DNA of 64,000 nt, from the NCBI GenBank assembly GCA_030141605.1, contig JAQGDQ010000064.1:300116-364115 (forward strand), given 5' to 3'. Positions 55,177-64,000 of the stretch are shown in pieces. How positions within the stretch are numbered: the first letter of the stretch is position 1; each line of letters opens with the position of its first letter. The stretch is from Tubiluchus corallicola (lineage: Eukaryota; Animalia; Priapulida). Position numbers and translations under genes: made by a program. The notes under the pieces were generated by a model. That model did not search any database. It was not told where the DNA came from and saw only the letters and a list, made by a program, of their open reading frames with translations.

Positions 55177-58100
55177 ATGAAAAAGCGATGCTCACAAACT
55201 GCTGCATACAAAGTTGTTCAGAAACAGTTTTACGACTTAATTTCACATAGGCATGCCATCTTATTTTGCTTTTGCGGATTGGTCATCATTGCTGTTTCAG
55301 CTTTTAGTTTTGGCGAGGTAATTTTTTAGTTTGATTTTTCTGTTTTACTACTTCTGAATAGTTGTACTACTAGTACTACTACTAGATTTACTGCTGTACC
55401 GGTATTAATTTCAAATATACATACAGCTAACATTAGTATTACTAATGGTTGTATATCTACATTTTGTGTGACAGTTATGTGATAAGAAAATCTGGCATGA
55501 TAAGTTAAGGTAAGAACAGTTATGCAAATCTCATCTTAACCATAATCACTTTTTACTTCAATTATTAGCCTATACAGGCAAATTTTTAAAAATCAGTAAA
55601 AGTATAAACTGGCGTAACATGGATAGCATCTTTACCACCACCTTCGTTTCAATACAAGAAAAGTGACTGACAATTATGTGTTGCATATGTGGACAAATAG
55701 ATGTCGCCACAAGTACCAATGTACAAACACTAGTATTAACCCGATAAAAGTTTTTAATATGCCCATGCAATTCCCTGTCTCTTTGGGTAGGAGAAAATTA
55801 GAAGTGTTAGCTTTCAGTTTATTACTTGAACAGGGAAATTTTAAGGAATTTTGTACAAAATTGGGCATGCTCCTAATAGTACATGTAACTGCTTGTTAAG
55901 CCCTCTGTCTATACGTCATTTAATCATTTATTATTTGAATGTACGTTAGTAAACCAAGCCAAAAGAAGTGATTTTATTAGCACTCTGCCTACATTAGATT
56001 CGGACTATGTTTTCTCTAGCCGAGATAATGATGCTATAAATGCTTTTGCAAATTTTATCTCGGATGAATTCTTATCATCTTTCGCTTGTATATAAATAGT
56101 CTCATGGTGTTGAAATTTTACAACTCTTGTCGTGTTTTTTATATGCTGTTTTCTTTTTATTTATGATTATGTGTAATTGCATTGGAATTGGTAATTATGT
56201 TTATCGTAATTGTACACGCTGTTTTCCATTGTGTGTAATGCGTGTAGATTTTGTTATATATGCATATGCATTAAAATATGTTCGTTATCTTTTATTATGT
56301 TTGTATGTTGTGATGAATTATAATCTGTAACTATGTCTATTGTATATGATCGTTGTCTTTCATTGTGTCTCATGCGTTAGATTCTAAATCATATGTGAAT
56401 ATGTTTAATACGTTGTAAATGCTTTTAGAAATTTTAAACATCACTACAAATAGAGGGAATGTATTTTGTGCATATTTTTTTAAAAATAAAGATTCATAAT
56501 AATAATAATAATAATAATAATGATAATAATAATAGATACATTTATACAGATTTATCAAGAAATATCATTTTTTCAGCATAGCGATGCCTAATAATTTAGA
56601 ATAAGTAAGCATGCTCAAATAAATGTTTAACTTAGCAGTAAAAACATTACTAGCTGAGTTACCTGTTTATGCTTTGCTAGCTGTACAATCAAAACACAAC
56701 AATGACATGGCACAATCAAATTTACTTTGGTAATGAATTCAAAATATTTGTAAAAACACATTGATTTTTAGACCAAAGTTTAGTTAAACGATAGCTAGCA
56801 AGTTATGGCTGAACAGATTACATGTAATATGGATTATATTACTTATAAGTGTAATTATTAGCTAAGCAAGGTCTAGTACTATTGCAAGCATCAAACATTT
56901 TTGGCCAATATGAATTTCTACAATTTTATTTTGCAGGAACCAAATTGAGCCGAAACCGAATTCTTAACTTATAGTAATAAATTTCAATACTTACAAGTGG
57001 CCTCAGCAGGTTTTCCAAAAGTTGTTTATTTTCCACTTGGAGTGGTAAAATTCTTGTATTATGTAACCCCTTTCATATGTTTATAAATTTTATTTTGATA
57101 TTCCAGACAGTAAATAACCAGCACTTGAAGCAGTTTTCCTTATCAGATATCAATTACTTTAATATTGTAGCTTTATCAGTAATCATATAGCCAACATTTT
57201 ACCTAACCTATCAGGGCCTCATATATTTTACACTAAACTTCAATCTGCTGTGTTAAAAAGCTGATAACTAAAAAATCTCACATGCTTGCGTTTGATATGC
57301 TTTGTTTGCATACTAATTTCACTGACCAATGTTGACAATTATTATAATCTACACAAAAATCACAATTTCTTTCTTCTGCTAAATTTACAAGAAAACCTTG
57401 CGTACAAAACTGTACATACATCGTAGAAATGAAGACAAGTGAATGACTTCAACGCCTCACTCCAAATGGTAAAATTTTACGAAGCTAGTTCATGCTGCCA
57501 ACCTACCATGTGCAAACAGTTTTGTTGAAAAATTGTCGGTTGGTTTTGCCAGGCTTAGTTGTATTGCTTAATGGTGGCGTTCATCAGACAAAAACGACAA
57601 ATTATAAAAATGAATTTTTAACCGTTCGCGGCCAAATTTATTTAAACAACCTGAATTGAGACCGAATTTTGCCAAATTTCGACCAGATTTTTTAGAAAAA
57701 AGTCACCAAAAAAACTTTACCGAATGTTTTTCTAACAAATCTACCAAAAAATCAAAATGAACTGAAAAGCTGTTTCAATTCGTTAACTGAAATCTGGTTG
57801 TTTCCGAATTTCAGTGCATCCCTAGTAGCTACTATCATAACTAGCGTACAACTCAACTTTAAAGCATACCAATTGATCTTATGGCATGTAAGTCATGTAT
57901 TTCACTCATTCAAAATATACCCATTTGCTGGCTTCCTGTGCTCAGGTGTTGCAATTCCCATAAGTTGGTATCTTTGGGTTTTAAATATAGTAAAGAAGCT
58001 CTACCCATTCTAACAAAAAAATGTTGTACTTAAATAATGTGACATTGCAACATTTGCTACTTAGCATGTTCTAGTCACTACCCAACAATATGATAATATA

Positions 58101-61100
58101 CATGGTGGGCATCTAAGATTAATGTACCGTGATTAATTAAGGGTGTTGGTGGCAGTCTAAAGGCCAGGTAAATGTCAACATTTTAGCAAGTTACTGTCTT
58201 TTTAATTTTCAAATAACATTACAACTAGTATTTGGCTTTTACATCTGAAGGTAGTCTAGAAAACAAAATAAGAAATGTACTGTACTGTACCTAACAAGGA
58301 AAATCTTTAATATACACTTTAACTCTCTTAATAATATAAGTGCAACATGTAGCTCATATTTGCTGTTGACCTAACAAACAGGTACAATGCTGCAATTTAG
58401 TTTTTTTTTCTGCACGAATGCTTATAGTCTCAACAGGTTATATCCTGCAATAGGAAAATAGGATAAAAATAGTTACACTTTTTGTCATCTATCTATCAGT
58501 AAAAACCAAAAGTACAATATCTTCTTGATCAGAAATAGTATAGTTGTACTCTTTAGGACACGTAAAGTGTTTTTGAATTCAAAATGTGCGACAGCATAAG
58601 TTTTTAACAAATGATAATATAGTGGCGTTAACTTTTTGCTTTTCAGGCGGCATTAGAATGGAGTAAGGACCAATACGATGCTGTTTTCCATTACTTTAGT
58701 GACAACATTTTAGGGAGATCATTACAAAATAGGTAATGTTTTATTATTATCAGTAAATTTGCCATCTACACTTATGTAAATTTGAATATTGTTGTTTTTG
58801 TTCAAAGAAAAGAAAATGTTGTTTTTTAAACAGTCGTTCCTATTTATGTAGTAACGTAGTTATTAATTTATTGCAGAAAAGTTAGTTTGAATCGGTTTAA
58901 CTTGATTTTCTTTTAACTTATATGGATCCTGAGATCCGGTAAAATCCTGTCCGTGTTAATAATCATGCAATCCATATTTTGTCGAGTGACAAGTTTAATT
59001 TTATATGATTCGAGTTAAGTGGCATTCATATTAGCATGTCTGAAAAATAAAGAATGAAACTGTAATAATATAATGTTGCACATTATTATTATGCATTTTA
59101 TACACTTCTAGATTGTGCCAAATAGTTCCTATAGATGTTGTTTATACTTGGGTTAATGGGTCAGATACACGACTGCTAGTTGATTTAAAGTCAGCTAGAG
59201 AACGATTAGAAGTAACCAGCAACCAAACAGAAAAGAGCAACAAGTATGTAGTTGCTTTAATTATATCAGAAGTAATAATGCTATGTACGTATCTGGGTTT
59301 GTGGCGTGAATTTTGAATAATTGAAAATTGGTTTAATTGAATACAAATCAAAACTAGTTGACAATGTTTCTGACGTGGTCAGAAACTGAAGATTTTGCAA
59401 ACAATAGCTATAAAATATGAGCCTTAAAAATGAAGAGATGATAGCCTTTGTTTGAAAGTTATTATTTTCACCTAGCTTGAATACATAAGAAGTATATTTC
59501 TCAATGAAACCTCAGCATTTTAACTGTTCAGCCTTTCATCCATGGGTCAAAGGTCAACCAATCTCGGCACGACCAATCAATCAAGGTCAACCAATCATTT
59601 AGTTTGTGTCATTGAAATCTTTCATTTGATATACTACAAGCTAGTTTCTGTTAACACCTAAAGACATTTGTCTTCTCGGCCCTTATTTTGCCCCTGCTGA
59701 AGTCAGAGGTCAGCCAGTCTTGGCATAACTTATGTCATTCAGTTTGTCTCTTTGAGACCTTTAATTTGATTTACAACAAGCTAGTTCCGGTCGACACTGG
59801 GCGGCATTTGTCTCCTCGACCCCTATTTTGCTCTTAATGGGGTCACAGGTTGACTATTTACACTGTAACCTATTCCATTCGATTCACCTCATCAAGACCT
59901 TTCATTTGATGTGCTACAAAGTACCATTGCTCAACACTCGATGCACTTCAATTCCCGACGACCATTTTTCCGTTTTTGCCCTCTAGCGGGGTCGCCGGTT
60001 AACTATTTCCATTGCAACCTATGCTATTCAATGTGCCTCATCGAGACATTTCATTTGATATGCTACAGGTACCATTGCTCAACACACTATGCACTTCTAT
60101 TCCCGACCCCCATATTTCGTGACGTGCAAGGCCACGGCGCCACCTAACAATATACCAAATATTGTGGTCCTAGCTTGAATACTATGGGAGCAGATGGATC
60201 ATAAAGAAACACAAGTGAAGACCCGCCTGCTCCATGCCTTTTGACCCGGCAACTCCGGTCACATGTATACGCAAATAACTTTGCCAAATGAGTGTACCCG
60301 GTGAGTTTTGTGTCCCTAGCCTTCAGCATGTAAAAGGTCACCAATTGGGGGACCCCAAATTTTGCATTTTGGCCCCTCCCTCGGGTGTTTAAAACTTGCC
60401 AGCTTTTTAAAACCCCAAGCGCACACCTGCCCCACAGTGCCCAAATACTTGTGAAAACAAATTTGAAAAAACCAAAAGCCCTAGGAGGAGATGCGACCTA
60501 AAGGAAAAAGTGGCCGACGCCTACTGCCCTTCCTCCCTTGACCAGTGGTCAGTGGTGACCAAACTGTTGTACATGCCCCGCCCAAGGCTACCAACCATGC
60601 GAGTTTGGTGACTCTAGCTTGCAAGGCTTACAAGTAATTAAGCGTTAAAGTGGCGGAGCATAATTAAATAATAACTCAATGAAAAACAGTAAACGTTTTC
60701 CTATGGCAAAACCTTAATTAGTTTGAAAAGAACAATGTGAAAACAATTTATAAACTGAAATGATTGCGCAAGTACTAACACTGTACATTGAGTAGAAGCT
60801 TCCTGTGAATTCATTTCTCATCAGTATTCATATTCATCAGAATCAGCAGTCATCAAATTCACCTTGAAATGAATATATATATTTTTTGATAACAAAGAAA
60901 AGTAGGAGGATAAAAAAGAAAAATTGGACTCATCATTGCACACTGTTTGTATTGTTTGAAAAACTGCAGGAGCTTTCTGCACTCTTGCTGGAATTAAATA
61001 ACATATATAAATTTGGTTTTTTCTTTGCCATTATGCAAGACAATCAACAATTCTGAACTCAATTTTAGCTCTATTAATAATGATCCCATTATTGAATCCT

Positions 61101-63368
61101 TGATCTTGGTTTTTTAACTGTAGGATGTTACGATAAGTTTATCCTAAGATTAATACCATGTGTGATAGCGTTACGATAAAAAAATAAAATAATGTTGGGC
61201 AGGAAAAGAATTTGCGTGGTTGTGTAAATTATCTTAAGGTTTTCTTTGCCTTTGTATTGATGAATTTGAATTACCTTGTAATACACTATTAAGTATTAAC
61301 AAATATTGAAAAAGATGTAATGTTTTGTATTCACATAAAAAGTAGAAATTAAAAATATTTTAAATTTGGTAATACACGTGTTGCTTGCTGACTACTTATC
61401 ATGGCAAAAATACGTAATTTTGTTAAACTGTAACTGATGATACCATGAGATAAAATCCTAGTGTTGTTATAATTTTGGTATTAGTAATGTATGTATAAGC
61501 CTCAAAATTTTCTCTTGTTTCAATTTACTACATCTCGTTTTTACCTTTGGATAAATGAGAAGCTTTAAGTAAGCACTAGTATTTGAATATTGTCAACAGA
61601 TTGTAACTCATCTCACATATACTTGTTCACTATTCAACGTAGCCAGCCTATAATGTGTTTTGATCATTTTATTAAGTGCTACTTACACGATGTCCATTTC
61701 CCTTTTTACAGAACAATCAAATGTGCTTTTGTCAATTGCTTTGAATCATACATGGTGATTTTGAAACCAAATTTAGAAGAGAAACAAGAGTTTACACCTC
61801 TTGATCTGCGAGATGAGGTGCCGTTGTTTCAAACAGCATGGAAGATAACATACTTTAGAACACCCTACGCTAACGTGTCCATAATTTCACTAGGATCTGC
61901 TGAGGCTGGTTAGTAACTTGTGGCACTGTATACAAAATCCTTGTGTACACTTAGAGTTATCAGAATTTGCATTGGTTTTTTTGGTACTTAAAAGTGCATC
62001 GTAATGTAATCAGCATGACAGTGTTCTTGTATTATAAATTTGTATTTTTCGACAAAAAATGTACTTTTTCTTTAACTTGGCTGAAGCCAGCTATCATTGT
62101 TTATCCAAAAACTCTATACAAAGTTATATTGCTTAGTATTACGCTTATCTGTCTAAAAGACCTATGTAAATGGAAAAGAAAATTCTTAGTAATTTTAAAT
62201 GTTTGCACCATCTGCTAACATGTCACTTACATACTATCCCAGTGGGTGACAAAAACGTCACTGGCTCGCTAAAAAACGTATTATTAATTTTGTTGATAAG
62301 ATAGAGTAATTTGTATTTTGCTTAGTTAGTGATGTATGTGCTTAGAATGCTCTGATTGTTTTTTCAAACTTTATGCAGTGTTATTTCAACTTGAGTAAAT
62401 TTCTCACTCAATTGTTGACCATTGAAATGCATGCACTTAACGGTCAGCATAAGAGTTTAGCTAAATTTACAAATTTTATACATCAGTACTGTATAACTCT
62501 GTGCACTGAAAGCCAGCATGTAAGTGATACGAAATTTTAAGATAAATTTTTTTCACCTTTTTGAAAGGAATTATGTTTTCTTATGCTTTAACAATTCTAC
62601 TCTAAATATCTAAATAAATAAGATAAAAAATATCTTTATCAGTTTAACATCTTGTTCCCTTAGTATATTAAATTTCTATACCTCAATAATAGGTTTCTGG
62701 AGATTCTACATGTCACTTATTTGATCTTTGCTGTGCCATACCACTTTGTAATGGATTATAATGCATTTTTATAGGTTAATCATAAAACTTATTCTGATCG
62801 ATTGATTTTATGACGTCACAATTTCAATATGGCAATGACAACATCATAATCCAAAAAGTTTTATTTTGGATTTACTTACAGCAGGGTTTTTAATGGGTTA
62901 TTACAATTTCAAAATGTTGGTGATTACATCTTATTTCAAAAGTGATTTGGACAAATTCTCAATAGTTTACCTGTACCTATTTTTACAGTGTCGAGTTCCA
63001 TAATTATGTACATAACAAAAGTTTTTTACATTATTACCGTTATCTTTTTTTTTGTCTTGCTACTGGGTGAAATAAATTGTTTTGGCTAACACTAGTAGAT
63101 ATCATGTTTTGTCTTTAATTTTATTTAGCAAATAAGCCATATTTTTTATGTGTCTTCTTTGACAGTACATGCAGCAGCATTGGCTGGCAATCTTACAATC
63201 AGAGGGAAGGTGTATCAGATACGGAAATCTTATCTAACATCTGATGCCACTGCACCACATAGTTTTCCCCTAGACAACATTGTCTTGCTTACTGGCTTGA
63301 AAATTCCATATTCTGTTGACGAATTACGTAGTAAGTTGCCTAGGAAAATGCAGTCATACGTGACTAGG
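55177..63368 (+). CDS. GNPTAB: N-acetylglucosamine-1-phosphotransferase subunits alpha/beta, first five coding exons (gene continues beyond the window)
   Basis: Exons 55177-55317 (..YKVVQKQFYDLISHRHAILFCFCGLVIIAVSAFSFGE), 58647-58732 (AALEWSKDQYDAVF..DNILGRSLQNR), 59112-59243 (LCQIVPIDVVYTWVNGSD, Stealth CR1), 61712-61908, 63166-63368 (..SYLTSD..LRSKLP). Phases are consistent, and the protein matches recalled human MLFKLLQRQTY..SAFQFGEVVLEWSRDQY..PIDVVYTWVNGTD. Confidence 0.95.
56930..57824. mobile_element. Decayed hAT-like non-autonomous element
   Basis: Right end ..ccgaatttcagtgcatcccta (TAGGGATGCA-type TIR) with ccgaat-rich subterminal motifs at both ends. Left TIR not found. Confidence 0.4.
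59500..60720 (-). mobile_element. Helentron/DINE-like non-autonomous element carrying a ~140-150 bp tandem array
   Basis: Unit core (c)ttt(c/a)atttgat recurs at ~59620, 59760, 59900 and 60050. Terminal hairpin-like aaacgttttcctatggcaaaacctt at 60691-60715 next to an aat-rich tract. Confidence 0.55.
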
Positions 63369-64000
63369 GTAAGTGTAGTGTTCCTTATTACAATATACTT
63401 TCATAAGTGCTTCTAAATCCTCTTTGGGTTTCTTATCTGTGGAATTTTCTACCAGAAAATTGCTTCCCTGAAAACTGCAATCTGACTCAATTCAAGAAGA
63501 ATATCAGCAGATGTCTTTAATGGCTAGCAAATTAGCCATGTAAGTTCTATTTCTATTGATAATTTTTCATATCTTATTGTAGTGGCCCTTGACCTTGCTT
63601 GGCGCGAATTGTACAAAAAAATATTAATGATGTGTTCCTTCTACCAACTTATCTCAACTGTTTTAAATTGTTAGGAAAATTTTTATTTGTAGGTATTTGT
63701 AAAAATGCTGCTTTCAGATAACTTTGAGTAGAAGCCTTTATATTCTCTGGACTTTGTAAAATTGGATTTCATAAAAATTAGATGCTATAATTCATGTGTA
63801 TTTTAAGTTTGCAATGATCTGAGATTTGTTAAACAGTTTCAGTTTTGTGTTGATTATTTGCGAAATCATAAAATTTAATGAACTTCTGTATTAATTCAGA
63901 CTCAGAATTGAAGATGCTTTTCCCACAGACTTTTTCATTTCCTTTCTGTACTTTACGCAGTATTCAAACGTGTCACAATACGCCTTAGTGCATTATTTAC

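Overview
AT-rich, intron- and microsatellite-rich genomic DNA from an invertebrate animal (taxon not determinable by eye). The supplied ORF track is mostly noise because the real genes are spliced. Manual exon reconstruction (AG/GT boundaries, consistent phases) gives a head-to-tail + strand array of four 6-cysteine tetraspanin genes: the 3' half of TspA (to 7485) and complete 9-exon TspB (12934-21558), TspC (24427-31479) and TspD (46289-51345). These are followed by the first five coding exons of GNPTAB (55177-63368, running off the window). The most striking pattern is that three of the four tetraspanins carry a tandemly duplicated terminal exon or acceptor, apparently from separate events. 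Each pairs a 'signal-tail' form (GYTV; acidic + SRI-SRI-SRI; poly-Glu) with a short or tail-less form. TspA also carries a decayed duplicate of its CCG exon. Introns and intergenic DNA hold MITEs (hAT, Harbinger-like, telomere-core foldbacks), an IS3EU-like element, decayed RTE/RTEX LINE reverse transcriptases, a tRNA-SINE, satellite-bearing elements and many simple repeats. All family calls are from motif recognition, not database searches.
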